From positions 76,688 to 140,687 of the forward strand of contig JBGTGT010000123.1 of the NCBI GenBank assembly GCA_041746575.1: a stretch of DNA of 64,000 nucleotides, written 5' to 3'. The notes under the pieces were generated by a model. It was given only the letters and a program-made list of their open reading frames with translations. It was not told where the DNA came from and ran no database searches. Numbering within the stretch: position 1 is the first letter of the stretch; each line of letters starts with the position of its first letter. The position numbers were made by a program, and so were the translations under genes. Below are positions 1 through 11,475 of the stretch, piece by piece. The stretch is from Microcystaceae cyanobacterium (GTDB lineage: Bacteria > Cyanobacteriota > Cyanobacteriia > Cyanobacteriales > Microcystaceae).

Positions 1-788
<788 letters not shown>

Positions 789-789
789 T

Positions 790-1026
790 TCACTTTTTCT
801 GGTCATTATCCTTGGCTCGAACCGCTTTTTCTAAGTCATCAACCTGATTCATCCGTCTATAGCTGGGATTTTTCATTTTTGGATTAAAGGCGTTAACTAA
901 GGAATTATTAAGGGTGGTTCGAGTCTGGGTACTCCAATTTCCGTAAGGCTTGGGTAAAAAAATATCGCCTACTAAGATAAAAATTAGGCCTCCCAGTACA
1001 CCAAGGATTAACAACTTCTTTAACAT
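790..1026 (-). CDS. Small membrane-anchored hypothetical protein
   Basis: 78 aa, N-terminal hydrophobic helix, AGGAGG-like RBS upstream. Confidence 0.7.
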   Translation of the reverse strand: MLKKLLILGVLGGLIFILVGDIFLPKPYGNWSTQTRTTLNNSLVNAFNPKMKNPSYRRMNQVDDLEKAVRAKDNDQKK

Positions 1027-1150
1027 TCTGAGTCCCTCCTGTTGTTGTATTTAGGGTTATTATGCCCTCGCCGGAGGGTAATTCTTTCAGGTATCTTTAG
1101 CTAAGGTTGATCTTGCGCCCTCGCTATTCTAAAATTTTCTGGTTATCATT

Positions 1151-1591
1151 GTGATTATGGTTCAATTTAGCAATTCTTCTGCCAATAATGCCCCCAGTCG
1201 CTGGCAATATCGATTAGATCGATTCGTCAAAACCCATCAATCCTCGTTGGCGGCTTTGGCGTGGGGATTACGTCAAGAATGGGACAATCAGGGCGATATG
1301 TTAGGCATTGATCTTAAAACGACTCCTCATTTTATCTGTTGTTCTTATGAGGCGATCGCTCAATTAAACGAGAATGTTGATTGTAAAATTCAAGAGATAT
1401 TAGGGATTATTGAACATTATGATCCTCAAGAAGAAGTGGTGATTATTACGATCGCCAATAGTCAAATTCAGTTAATTTATTTCCAACCGAATCCGACTCC
1501 TCCTGAGTGCTTCGCTCAGCATCAATTGAACTTAGATCAATTAATTCAGTCTCTAGAAACTGAAATGCAATCTATTGGGATTGAGGATTAA
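1151..1591 (+). CDS. ccmS: Beta-carboxysome assembly chaperone CcmS-like protein
   Basis: W..LD.FV....LAALAWGL, GIDL..PHF, QEILG..E...P..EV, F.P.P.PP.CF pattern recalled for the CcmS family. Confidence 0.7.
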   Translation: MIMVQFSNSSANNAPSRWQYRLDRFVKTHQSSLAALAWGLRQEWDNQGDMLGIDLKTTPHFICCSYEAIAQLNENVDCKIQEILGIIEHYDPQEEVVIITIANSQIQLIYFQPNPTPPECFAQHQLNLDQLIQSLETEMQSIGIED

Positions 1592-1650
1592 GTAATGATG
1601 GTCATTAATCAAAAACGAATCAGGAAATAATTACAGCAAATGGCAAGTTA

Positions 1651-1850
1651 ACGTGAGTTCGACGAGGGCAATTATCTTAATCCTTTTGTTCATTCTAGTT
1701 TATTGGGATTAGAAAAAGAAAAACAAATTCTTGATTGGGGGACTAGCCCCCCAAACCCCCCAACGGGGGACGGAGTGCCTCCCCCGCACCCCCTGCACAA
1801 AAAAATTAAATAAAGAAGTCTCGTAGATTTTTTGATGGTCGAACTCACGT
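1651..1850. mobile_element. 200-bp MITE-like element
   Basis: 13-bp terminal inverted repeats ACGTGAGTTCGAC (1651-1663) and GTCGAACTCACGT (1838-1850), flanking direct repeat CAAGTTA (1644-1650, 1851-1857), no ORF. Confidence 0.85.
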
Positions 1851-1919
1851 CAAGTTAATATCATACACTTCTGGATGCTAATCTTACCTCCTTACAATAA
1901 AAAGTCAACGTGATTTAAG

Positions 1920-2174
1920 ATGAAACTGATTCTGTATAGTAAACCGGATTGTCATCTCTGTGAAGGATTACAAGAAAAGTTAGCAAAAGTTAAATCAATT
2001 CCTCTTGAAATAGAGGTAAGAGATATTACCACTTCTGAGGATTGGTTTAGTGCTTATCAATACGAAATTCCTGTCCTTTATTGTATTACTCCTCAAGGCG
2101 CAACCCTAATTCCTCGTTTTTCGCCTCGTTCTTCAGTTAAGCAGATTGAAAAAATTCTTCAAACTTATTCATAA
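1920..2174 (+). CDS. Glutaredoxin-like protein (DUF836/NrdH-like)
   Basis: LYSKPDCHLC CxxC motif, RDI, Y.YEIPVL. Confidence 0.85.
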   Translation: MKLILYSKPDCHLCEGLQEKLAKVKSIPLEIEVRDITTSEDWFSAYQYEIPVLYCITPQGATLIPRFSPRSSVKQIEKILQTYS

Positions 2175-2202
2175 TTTTTATCCATTCTAGGAAACATTTC
2201 TT

Positions 2203-3528
2203 TTAATTTTGAGGTAATAAAACGGTTACACTTGTTCCTTGATGCAGTTCACTGTTTATCATAATTTTACCGTGATGATTCTCGACAATGGCAGAAGCGA
2301 TCGCTAATCCTAATCCGCTTCCCCCGGATGCTGAAGGATTGGGTTGATGGTGACGTGCGGGATCAACTCGATAAAAGCGATCAAATAAATGAGAAATATC
2401 TTCTTTTGCAATTCCTATCCCATTATCTTTAACCATGACTTGCAATTGCTTTTGTTTATCTAAATAAAGGACTTGTAAAATGACGTCAACGGTAGGATGG
2501 GGCGTAATAACAGAAACATTGGTATAAATTAAAGCATTACTAATTAAATTTGTAAATAAACGGATCAGTTGTGTCCAATCTCCTATTAGAGTGAATTTGT
2601 CCTCAGAATCGCTCTTAGGCGGATCTAAAACTTGAAAAGAGAGTTTAATCCCTTTATTTTCGGCAAAAATACGCTGTTCTTCGATAACTTCCAGCAATAA
2701 AGCATCAAGCGGAATTGTTTGAAGATCAACGGGTAATGTTCCACTATCAGATCGGGCTAAAAAAAGCAAATCATTAACTAAATTACCCAAACGTTTCGTT
2801 AATCGTTCAATGACACTCAATTGCTTGCGCTGAATCTCTGGATTAACGTCAGGATAGTCTAATGCCATTTGAACATTGGTTTGAATCATGGCAATCGGGT
2901 TACGCAATTCATGGGAGGCATCGGCGGTAAATTGCTTTAAACTTTGATAAGAGTCTAAAACAGGTTGAATGGCGATCCCTGACAACCACCATCCTAAGCC
3001 AGCGACACAAGTCAACATAAAGCTGATTAAGAGGGATAAATCCAGAATTAAACGGCGTGTCGGTTTGGTGACTTCAAACCACGGATGACTGACTCGCAGG
3101 TATCCTAGCACTTGATGATTCATCTCAATACGTTCAGTAACTTGTCGCAATAAGTGATTAAGAGAAAGACGGACAGTCGTGGCGGTATGTTTAGGATTGA
3201 GGGGAATTTTCGGCGGCTCGCTGAAAGTTGACCACATTAGAATCCCTTGAGGGTTAAACCATTCAAGATCAATATGATCATCTTCTACCGCCTCTGCATT
3301 AGGTTGAAAACTCGCTTCTACGTTAATTTGATAGCGATTAGTGTCAGTAATTGACTGAATGACGAGGGAACGATGAATGACTTCGACAACGTGCTTCAGG
3401 GTATCATCTATTCGTTCAATTAAGGTGCTACGAACATAAAAATAAATGCCTGTGGCAAAGAGAAAAAGTAGGATTGCCGTAATAATAGTGTACCACAATG
3501 CTAAACGGCGACGCGTCGTTTGAAACAT
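2203..3528 (-). CDS. Membrane sensor histidine kinase (HisKA + HATPase_c)
   Basis: Two TM helices, FTADASHELRNP H-box, NLISNA N-box, DNGIGI G1, FDRFYRVD F-box, GSGLGL G2. Confidence 0.95.
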   Translation of the reverse strand: MFQTTRRRLALWYTIITAILLFLFATGIYFYVRSTLIERIDDTLKHVVEVIHRSLVIQSITDTNRYQINVEASFQPNAEAVEDDHIDLEWFNPQGILMWSTFSEPPKIPLNPKHTATTVRLSLNHLLRQVTERIEMNHQVLGYLRVSHPWFEVTKPTRRLILDLSLLISFMLTCVAGLGWWLSGIAIQPVLDSYQSLKQFTADASHELRNPIAMIQTNVQMALDYPDVNPEIQRKQLSVIERLTKRLGNLVNDLLFLARSDSGTLPVDLQTIPLDALLLEVIEEQRIFAENKGIKLSFQVLDPPKSDSEDKFTLIGDWTQLIRLFTNLISNALIYTNVSVITPHPTVDVILQVLYLDKQKQLQVMVKDNGIGIAKEDISHLFDRFYRVDPARHHQPNPSASGGSGLGLAIASAIVENHHGKIMINSELHQGTSVTVLLPQN

Positions 3529-3629
3529 AATATATTAAAGTAGCCACGTAAATAAAAACAAAATAATGATCAAAATAATGATAAATGCCACCTTTCTAGG
3601 TTTTTTCTTTTCTTGCGTCTCAATACTTT

Positions 3630-5387
3630 TTAATACTTTCCCAGACGATAATTTTCTGCTTTTGTTAGTAAGGATTCTGCAAACGCCATCGCTTCTTCTG
3701 CTGAATGTCCTCCCGTCAGTTGTGCGAGTTCATCCCGTCGAGTATGATGAGAGTCTAAAGCTTTTACCCTTACGACTGTGCGAATTTCTGGCATCGTCAT
3801 TTGTCCTGTCTCTAAATCCAAAATGGGGGTAGATTCTTCTATCATTTGCTTGATTACCCGAAAGTGAGTATCTGCCATTGCCGCCACTAGGGGTTGATGG
3901 GTGACGCATAAGACTTGATGGTATTCACTCAGTTGATGGAGTTTTAGCGCGATCGCTTGTGCCACTTTTCCTGACACTCCTGCGTCTATTTCATCAAAGA
4001 TCAGTGTCTCTGAGGGTTGATCAGCATCGGTAAAGCAGGCTTTTAAGGCTAAGAGAAAACGACTCATTTCGCCGCCTGATGCGGTCTCTGCAAGCGGTTG
4101 TACTTTTTCACCCGGATTCGGGCTAAAATAAAAGCTCACTTGATCTTCACCTGTTGCCGTTGGTGCTGTTGGGGTGATTTGGCAGACAAAGATCACTTTA
4201 TCCATCGCTAAGGGTTTCAATTCTTTGACCAGTTGTTTTTCTAGTTTTTCAGCCGCTTGTTGACGTAATAGGGTTAATTGATGACATTCTGTTCGTAAAA
4301 TCTCTTGTTTATTTTGAAAATCTTCTTCTAACGCTTCTAGGGATTGTTCATTGTGGGTGAATTCTTCATATTCCCTTTGTAAGTTTTGGTAAAAGGCGAT
4401 CGCTTCGGGTAAACTCGGCCCATATTTACGACAAATTCGTTTTAACAGTTGAATTCGTTCTTCTATCTCCTGTAAGCGTTGGGGATCACTGTCTAAGCCG
4501 TCACCATAGCTGTTGATTTGGTTTCCTGCCTCTACGACTTGAGTTAAGGCAGTTTGAATCATTTCTAAGATCGGTTCAATTTCTTTGTCATATTCAACCA
4601 TATTTAGGAGAATAGACTCAGTTTGTCCTAATAAATCAGAAACGGCTTCTCCTTGATCATTTTGGTATAAAATTTGATAGGATTGGTAACTCAATTGTTG
4701 CAATTCAACGATATGGGATAAGCGATCGCGTTCTTGTTCAAGGGTTTCCTCTTCATTCGGATCACTTAATTGTGCTTCCTCAAGTTCTTTTCGTTGATAT
4801 TCCAGAATATCTAAGCGTTGCAAGCGATCTTTCTCAGCTTGAATGCGTTTATCAAGTACTCTTTTGGCTTCTTGACTAAGGCTATAAGCATTTTCTACCT
4901 GTTGCCGTTGCTGTAACACCTCTTTTCCGCCATAAGCGTCGAGTAATTCCCGTTGATGTTGGGGGTTAACCAGATGCACTGTTTGACCTTGTGCAGTAAT
5001 TTCGACTAAATATTCTCTTAGTTGGGAAATTTGCTGAAGATTGACGACAATTCCATTGACTCGACAGCGAGAGCGTAAGGTAGATTTATTTAATGTCAAT
5101 TCTCGACTACAGATAATCGTGCGATCATCCAATGGCTCAATATCTTGGTCTTGTAACCATTGTTCTATTTTAGGATGGGTTTGAAAGGTTGCTTCAATGA
5201 TCGCCTGTTGCGTGCCTTGACGAATCCAACGACTGGTGGCTTTTCCCCCTAAGACAATATCAATGGCATCAAGTATAATAGATTTTCCTGCGCCTGTTTC
5301 ACCTGTTAAGACGCTTAATCCAGAGAAAAACGTCAATTCTAGCTGATCGACTAAGGCAAAGTTTTCAATACGCAAGCAAGAAAGCAT
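3630..5387 (-). CDS. recN: DNA repair protein RecN
   Basis: GETGAGKS Walker A, long coiled coil, ASGGEMSR signature, IFDEIDAGVSG, VTHQP. Confidence 0.97.
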   Translation of the reverse strand: MLSCLRIENFALVDQLELTFFSGLSVLTGETGAGKSIILDAIDIVLGGKATSRWIRQGTQQAIIEATFQTHPKIEQWLQDQDIEPLDDRTIICSRELTLNKSTLRSRCRVNGIVVNLQQISQLREYLVEITAQGQTVHLVNPQHQRELLDAYGGKEVLQQRQQVENAYSLSQEAKRVLDKRIQAEKDRLQRLDILEYQRKELEEAQLSDPNEEETLEQERDRLSHIVELQQLSYQSYQILYQNDQGEAVSDLLGQTESILLNMVEYDKEIEPILEMIQTALTQVVEAGNQINSYGDGLDSDPQRLQEIEERIQLLKRICRKYGPSLPEAIAFYQNLQREYEEFTHNEQSLEALEEDFQNKQEILRTECHQLTLLRQQAAEKLEKQLVKELKPLAMDKVIFVCQITPTAPTATGEDQVSFYFSPNPGEKVQPLAETASGGEMSRFLLALKACFTDADQPSETLIFDEIDAGVSGKVAQAIALKLHQLSEYHQVLCVTHQPLVAAMADTHFRVIKQMIEESTPILDLETGQMTMPEIRTVVRVKALDSHHTRRDELAQLTGGHSAEEAMAFAESLLTKAENYRLGKY

Positions 5388-5749
5388 AAGATTGTTAAAT
5401 TGAAACGATGAATCAACGGTCAGCCATTTCTCAAGCTTTCTGTATTTTAAACTAAATTAAGATCAAGATTTTAGGGAAGCAGAACAGAATGTAACTAAAA
5501 TAGGATTTACAGAATCATTGAGTCGTGCTTAAGATTACTCTTTTAGGAATTGTGCCATCGTCACTATCAGATATTCATTAAAAGAAAACATGATTACATT
5601 CATGTAAGTACAAATAAGCATATAAGAGCAAGAAAATACAATCATAAAAATTGAAATGACTCACCGGTTATTTCAAAATATGGAATTGCAGCCCCTTGCT
5701 ACAGTCTTTTGGCATGATTCAATTTGAGACAGTTAATGTTAATATAGCT

Positions 5750-5857
5750 TTAAATTTTCTCAATGGGTGCTAATTTTGGGTCAATAATTTTTTGTCCTAA
5801 ACCTTCAAATTTAACTGCAATATTTATTTTATTGCCAGCTCTCAAAAGACGAGTGAG
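5750..5857 (-). pseudogene. Fragment resembling the C-terminal Tudor-like tail of cyanobacterial PcrA/UvrD helicase
   Basis: Manual translation gives LTRLLRAGNKINIAVKFEGLGQKIIDPKLAPIEKI*; no helicase core upstream. Confidence 0.6.
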
Positions 5858-5884
5858 ATCAAATCCGTTTAAACGACCATAATT

Positions 5885-5909
5885 CCGTAAGGGTGCAAGG
5901 CTTGCGCCC
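5885..5909. repeat. Degenerate cyanobacterial REP-like palindrome
   Basis: GGGTGCAAGGCTTGCGCCC hairpin; related degenerate copies at about 23180-23201 and 45289-45316. Confidence 0.5.
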
Positions 5910-6030
5910 ATCTTGCTCCAAAGAGATTATGTAAAAGGCGATCGCCCCTGAAATAAAACGGCTACCATAACCACAAGATAGATTAATAGGAGTCTCCAAA
6001 CTTCAACTTATCTACTAAATTCTTGTGAGA

Positions 6031-8844
6031 CTATAACCAATTACCCACTAAAACGAAAGGAGCCCAATAAAAAGGATGTTGATATTGAGGCGATCGCAAT
6101 AAAGACAGTTGCGCTTGTCTTAAGGCTTCCGCTTTACTCATGTCAGATTGACTCAAATACTGATAGAATTGAGCAATCAAATCTGCCGTCGATTGATCTT
6201 GGACTGACCAAAGAGTGGCTAAGGTACTCTGCGCACCTGAACGAACGGCGGTCCCTGCTAATCCTAATACGGCTCGTTTATCCCCCGTTGCTGTCTGACA
6301 AGCACTCAAAATCAACAATTCAATCGGATTTCTCTGTTGTTTTATCCGTTTTCGGAGCAATTGATCTAAATTTTTGACATTGATTCGTTCATCCCACGTC
6401 AGTAAAAACGTTTCTTCTGCTTGAGAAGAAAATTGACCGTGAGTGGCAAGATGAACCACAGGGAATGAGGTTTCTTCAATTTCTCGTTGCAGACGGTTGC
6501 GGGTAAAATCTTCGTCTAATAAGACTTCGGTAGAAACCACTGCCGAAATTTCTTGTACTTCTGCCTTGACACCGGGTAAGGAAGAGAATCCTTGACGTGC
6601 TTGCGCTAATCCCCCTGCTAGGGTTTTTAAGGGTTTTTCAGAGAGAGAGGACGGACGAAGCAGGTGCAAACCGGGTGCTAAAGCAATGTTATACTTTTCA
6701 ATTAAGTATTGCTGACCATCATGAAGCGCGGCCATCGGAATATTGCGTAGAAGGCCATCGAGAACGAATACCAAGGTTTTGATATGATTAGCTTCTAAGG
6801 TAGCTTCTAAAGGGCGAATTAGCCAATTATAAAACTGTTGATGGGGTTCTAGGGGATAAGGACTTGAAATAAAGGGGTTCAAGTTGGCAAATAACTCATC
6901 GAAGACAGGTTCAAGTTGTTCTAATGTCCCATAGCCGGAATTCTGATTAAAAGCGGTTTCATAGTAGCTTAACGGCTTTTGCGGTAAAGACAAAATGATG
7001 GCAATTCGTTGGGGTAAAACAATGGGATAGATTACTGCCGCATCGGGATCGAGTTGATCAACGGCTTGAAATTCCGCTTCTAGGCAGTTTTCTCGAAAGA
7101 AGTTGTTTAATTCAGCAAGTTGCAAAGACTCAATGATATTACGGGCTTCTTTGAGGGTATTTTCGCTGATTTGCCCTGTTGGCTCTAAAAGTTGATCGAC
7201 CAATTCTCGATAGACAGGTTCGACACTATCGCGAAAGTTAAATTGGATGTCTGCATTGCTGGTGACTAAGTCCCCTCGTAATGATTCTAGAATTTCTACG
7301 GCTAAGCGATAAGCAGCGATCGCTTCTTCTTTTTTTCCTAAAGAATAATACAAACGTCCCAGTTGCCATTGCCAGAAATAAGCCAATTCTGGATTTTCAA
7401 AGGCAGATATCTGCTGTAAAGCTAGCACGGTTGACTGTTGCGCCTTTATGGGTTGTCCCATCCCTTGGTAGGTTGCCCCTAGATATCCTAGGGAATTTGC
7501 TTGTGCGGCTTTGTCTCCTAGGGTTTGAGCTTGATTGAGGGCGATGGTGACTTTTTGCTGAATCTTTGTCCAAGTTGGTGGCGTTATTGCCTCAAAATGG
7601 GGATTTTCGACTATTGGACAAGACTGAAGAATAGGGGTGACAGGTAAGGTTTCATCCGTAGTGAATTGAGAGCGTAGGCACATTAACTGTTGAGCAAATT
7701 TGAGTTGTGCGGCAACGGTTGGATCATTAGGGGGTGAATTTGTTAATTCTGCCTCAATTTTAGCGATTAAAGTCGGTAGTTCTTGGCTTTGTCCTAGTTG
7801 CATCCAGAGACTCAGTAAATTGAGTTGCGCTTGTACTCTCGTGAGGGACGAAGGGGATTGTTCCGCTTGGTGATAACAGGCGATCGCACTTTGATACCAT
7901 TGACTAAGACTGAGATCATCCTCGGATAGGGGGCAACTGACAGATTGGGTTAAGTTGATCGGCGTTGGGGATGGAGGAATCGTAATTTTTTGATTGCCTA
8001 ATATTCGCACGGTATTGCCTAAACTGAGGGCAATTTCGGCTAAACTTTCTTTATCTTCATTCCTTTCTGCTAATTCCCAACTTTTTAATAGTACCCGATG
8101 GGAGACGTGGGGTTGCCCCGTTACTCGTAAGACGTTACCAAGACTGCGTAATCCTAGAATTTGTAGAGAAGTGGGCATATTTTCGGGGACTTGTGGCAAT
8201 TTGTCCCCTTTTATTTGACAATCTTCACTCTTAAAGTCCAAAGCATCGAGTAATGTTGTGCAAGCTCTCGGATAAAACCCTAAGGATTGCATGGCTTGTG
8301 CTTGATTGATCTGGCTTTGACGGACTCGATTGGGTTCCCCCATTTCTTGATAAATAGTAGTTGCTTTTTGCCAATTTTCTAAAGCATTTGCAGATTGACC
8401 CAAGTTTAAAGCTAATTTTCCTTTGATTTCTAGAGTTTCTGCTAAGATACGCTGTTTAGTATTGTTTTTTTTGACAGTGTCTAATAGAGCTAAGCTTTGA
8501 GCGATCGCTTTTTTGGCCTCATCCCATTGTCCGAGTTGCTGATGGGTTAAGGACAGATTACTCAGTGCCATGGCTTGATTGAGGGTATCTCCTTGGGTAG
8601 CAAATGTCTCGACTGCCTGTTGCCAGAGGGGGATTGCCGACTCAAATTGTCTTGTTTGATAGTTTTCTTTTGCTTTTTCAACCCATTGCGCTGTATTTTG
8701 CTGATTCTGAACAGAGGGCATGGAAAGAGAAACCGAAGAAGTAATCAGAGGAAGCGTGAAAGCAACAAAGAAAAGAAAAATAAGCAGAATTGACTTTTTT
8801 CTGATAAAACTTCGTACTCTCTGGTTTTTAAATCCAATTTTCAT
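6031..8844 (-). CDS. Exported TPR-repeat CHAT-domain (caspase-like) cysteine protease
   Basis: N-terminal hydrophobic signal/TM, TPR repeats, CHAT motifs LVFVLDG.LRNIP, VHLATHG (His), LLILSAC (Cys), HPFYWAPF; the ATG at 8844 overlaps the upstream stop (TAATG). Confidence 0.93.
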   Translation of the reverse strand: MKIGFKNQRVRSFIRKKSILLIFLFFVAFTLPLITSSVSLSMPSVQNQQNTAQWVEKAKENYQTRQFESAIPLWQQAVETFATQGDTLNQAMALSNLSLTHQQLGQWDEAKKAIAQSLALLDTVKKNNTKQRILAETLEIKGKLALNLGQSANALENWQKATTIYQEMGEPNRVRQSQINQAQAMQSLGFYPRACTTLLDALDFKSEDCQIKGDKLPQVPENMPTSLQILGLRSLGNVLRVTGQPHVSHRVLLKSWELAERNEDKESLAEIALSLGNTVRILGNQKITIPPSPTPINLTQSVSCPLSEDDLSLSQWYQSAIACYHQAEQSPSSLTRVQAQLNLLSLWMQLGQSQELPTLIAKIEAELTNSPPNDPTVAAQLKFAQQLMCLRSQFTTDETLPVTPILQSCPIVENPHFEAITPPTWTKIQQKVTIALNQAQTLGDKAAQANSLGYLGATYQGMGQPIKAQQSTVLALQQISAFENPELAYFWQWQLGRLYYSLGKKEEAIAAYRLAVEILESLRGDLVTSNADIQFNFRDSVEPVYRELVDQLLEPTGQISENTLKEARNIIESLQLAELNNFFRENCLEAEFQAVDQLDPDAAVIYPIVLPQRIAIILSLPQKPLSYYETAFNQNSGYGTLEQLEPVFDELFANLNPFISSPYPLEPHQQFYNWLIRPLEATLEANHIKTLVFVLDGLLRNIPMAALHDGQQYLIEKYNIALAPGLHLLRPSSLSEKPLKTLAGGLAQARQGFSSLPGVKAEVQEISAVVSTEVLLDEDFTRNRLQREIEETSFPVVHLATHGQFSSQAEETFLLTWDERINVKNLDQLLRKRIKQQRNPIELLILSACQTATGDKRAVLGLAGTAVRSGAQSTLATLWSVQDQSTADLIAQFYQYLSQSDMSKAEALRQAQLSLLRSPQYQHPFYWAPFVLVGNWL

Positions 8845-11429
8845 TAACGAGTACACCCCTGCTCTGTTTCTCTCAAGCGTTGAACACTGGTCACCGTAGG
8901 ATCATAAGACACCAAAACGACTTCCCCTCTCTCGTTAAAAACCCATCCTTGGGTGGCAACAAGGGAATTAGGACTTAAAGCAGTTTTTGTAATCGCTATG
9001 CTCTCTTTTTTGCCAATCTCCTGATTTCTCATGGGTGCAGGTTCAACTAAGCCGATTTCAGTGGCTTCACTGTTGAGATTTTCATTAAGGCTAGGGGTAG
9101 GGGGTAAGCCGCCCCGTCCTGATACGACTAATTCACTTCCTAAGCCGCTTTTACAGGAATTTTGGGCAATTAGTGTCTTGGGATCGACAATGGTTTCGGG
9201 CAGTAGCTCTAAGCCTTGATTGGAGTCTGGTTCTCGGTTAATAAAGATTTCTCCGGCTGAACCTGATTCTGAACTGGCATCAAGATCATTGGTTCGATTG
9301 CCGTCAGAAGCTTTCCGTCCTTGAATCCCAAAAATTCCCTCTGCGTTAATAATAATCCGTCCTCCATCTCCTTGGTTAGCATTAGCTGTAATGTCGCTTC
9401 CATTTGCACCCGTTGGTGGAGAAACAATCAAAAATGGTGTTTTAATTGTGATATTTCCTCCGTTAGCCTCCCCGTTGGCGGTAGCAGAAATGGTGCTTTC
9501 GTTGGCTATGGTTATTAAATCTGATGCAGTTAGGGTAATATTTGCTCCCTCTTCTCCTTGACTCCTACCTGTTTCGGCGGTAATTAAACCTTGATTAAGG
9601 GATAAGGAATTAGCGTTAATGTCAATGTTTCCGGCTAAACCTTGGCGACTGCTAACAGTGATTTGTGCGCCCTCAGAGAGGTTTAATTGTCCTGTAGTAA
9701 GGTTTAAATTCCCTGCTGTCCCACCTTCTTGGGTTGCTTTTACGGATAATTCTCCATTATTGCTCAATTGTACCGCTTCATGTGCGTTAATCGTTAAGTT
9801 TCCTGCCCTTCCTGTTTGAGTCGAAGCAGATAGGGTAGCTCCCTGTTGAATGGTTAATAGAGGAGTATTGATGGTCAAGTTTCCAGCCGAGGTACTTTGA
9901 CTGGTCGCTAAAACAGTGCTGTTTAACCCACTCAGGATAACTGACTCAGAAGCATTAATATTCAAGTTTCCTGCTTGTCCTGTACTTCTATCAAGAGCGG
10001 AAACGGATATACTCCCTCCGTCTTGGATACTCAGGCGACCTGTGTTGATGGCGATACTTCCTCCATTCCCTGAGGCTTCTCCTATTGTTTGAGCAAACAA
10101 ACTACTCCGTATTATTTTATTTTCTGATCTCCCTTGACCGCTAATCTCTACTGATTCCGTTGCTTCTACCGTAATCGTACCTGCATTGCCAGCACTAGAA
10201 GTCGAACTTGATAGCTGGCCTCCATTACGCAAAATAAGGCGACCCGTTTTAAGGGTTAAATCCCCTGCATTCCCATTGGCGAACGTTTGAGTACTTAATT
10301 GGTTAAAGCCTCCCCCAGCGTCCACCTCTACAGATTCAGTTGCATTGATAATTAAGTTTCCGCCTCGTCCCTCCTCATTTTCTGCAGTTGTCCTTATAAA
10401 CGATGAGTCATCTCGGACAACTAACTGTTTGGCTTCAATAATAATATCAGCCGCTGACCCACTATTAGATGTTGCTGTTACATCACTATCTCCTTCGACT
10501 GTTATCATTTCGGAAGCGTTTAGAGTAATTGTTCCACCTACATCCGTTCCTTGATTAAATCTTGTGATTTGGGATTTGTCCATTAATAAAATGTTTCTAC
10601 CCCGTAAGCTAATACTTCCGAGACCTTCCGTCGGTTCTAAAATACCTATACCTATACCTGCCTCCCGTGAAAGTTGAATATCTTGGAATGCCTCTACACT
10701 GTCGTAACTGAATGTCCAAGTAGTAGTTTGAGGGATTAGACTAACAAAAGCAGGAGAAGCTACGCTACCGATCTCAATGCTTCCTCCCAGAGTCGTAATT
10801 TTGCCTCCTTCTAAAAATACGCCACTCCCAATAAGTGCTAGGGTTCTACTGGGTGGAACTGCGAGTCCAGATGAATTTGTATCATTCACGACGGAGCGAT
10901 TGACGATACTGCCCGAATTCCCCCTAAATTGCAGACCAATCGGAATGCTAGTGGTTAGCAAGGGGGACGGCGACAAATCTCTAGCACTGAAAACCTTTCC
11001 ATCCGCAAAATGAATCTCACTAGCAGTACTGGCAATAAATGAGCCACCAATCTTTAATTGGGCATTATTCCCAAAAACGATGCCGCTCGGATTTAGTAAA
11101 AAAAGGTTCGCTGGATGATTTGCTCGAATTACTCCCTCAATATTAGATAAAGATCCCCCTGTGACTCGACTAAAGATATTTTGGATGGTATTGGCATTGT
11201 TAAAGAAAGCTTCTCCACCTGAGGGAATGGAGAACTCACGGAAGCTATGAAAAAGATTTCCTCCTTCTTGCCGACCCCCTACAATCGTAAATTGAGATTG
11301 ATCGGGGGTGGTGATCTCAGTCGATAATGTCCCGTCCCCACTGATTTGTGCCAAGCCGAGGGGCGTTATTATTAAATTACCTAAACTAAAAACACTGACA
11401 AGGGAAAGGAAATTTATCAATTTTTTCAT
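8844..11429 (-). CDS. TpsA filamentous-haemagglutinin-family exoprotein
   Basis: Signal peptide, TPS domain NLFHSF..F / SRVTGG / NLFLLNPSG, beta-helix repeats (GNAG.I.I.A), C-terminal GRGGLP...QGW motif. Confidence 0.93.
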   Translation of the reverse strand: MKKLINFLSLVSVFSLGNLIITPLGLAQISGDGTLSTEITTPDQSQFTIVGGRQEGGNLFHSFREFSIPSGGEAFFNNANTIQNIFSRVTGGSLSNIEGVIRANHPANLFLLNPSGIVFGNNAQLKIGGSFIASTASEIHFADGKVFSARDLSPSPLLTTSIPIGLQFRGNSGSIVNRSVVNDTNSSGLAVPPSRTLALIGSGVFLEGGKITTLGGSIEIGSVASPAFVSLIPQTTTWTFSYDSVEAFQDIQLSREAGIGIGILEPTEGLGSISLRGRNILLMDKSQITRFNQGTDVGGTITLNASEMITVEGDSDVTATSNSGSAADIIIEAKQLVVRDDSSFIRTTAENEEGRGGNLIINATESVEVDAGGGFNQLSTQTFANGNAGDLTLKTGRLILRNGGQLSSSTSSAGNAGTITVEATESVEISGQGRSENKIIRSSLFAQTIGEASGNGGSIAINTGRLSIQDGGSISVSALDRSTGQAGNLNINASESVILSGLNSTVLATSQSTSAGNLTINTPLLTIQQGATLSASTQTGRAGNLTINAHEAVQLSNNGELSVKATQEGGTAGNLNLTTGQLNLSEGAQITVSSRQGLAGNIDINANSLSLNQGLITAETGRSQGEEGANITLTASDLITIANESTISATANGEANGGNITIKTPFLIVSPPTGANGSDITANANQGDGGRIIINAEGIFGIQGRKASDGNRTNDLDASSESGSAGEIFINREPDSNQGLELLPETIVDPKTLIAQNSCKSGLGSELVVSGRGGLPPTPSLNENLNSEATEIGLVEPAPMRNQEIGKKESIAITKTALSPNSLVATQGWVFNERGEVVLVSYDPTVTSVQRLRETEQGCTR

Positions 11430-11475
11430 AGCGATCCTTTTTTATGACGCTTGCTCTCATCTTAACTTTTCCGTT

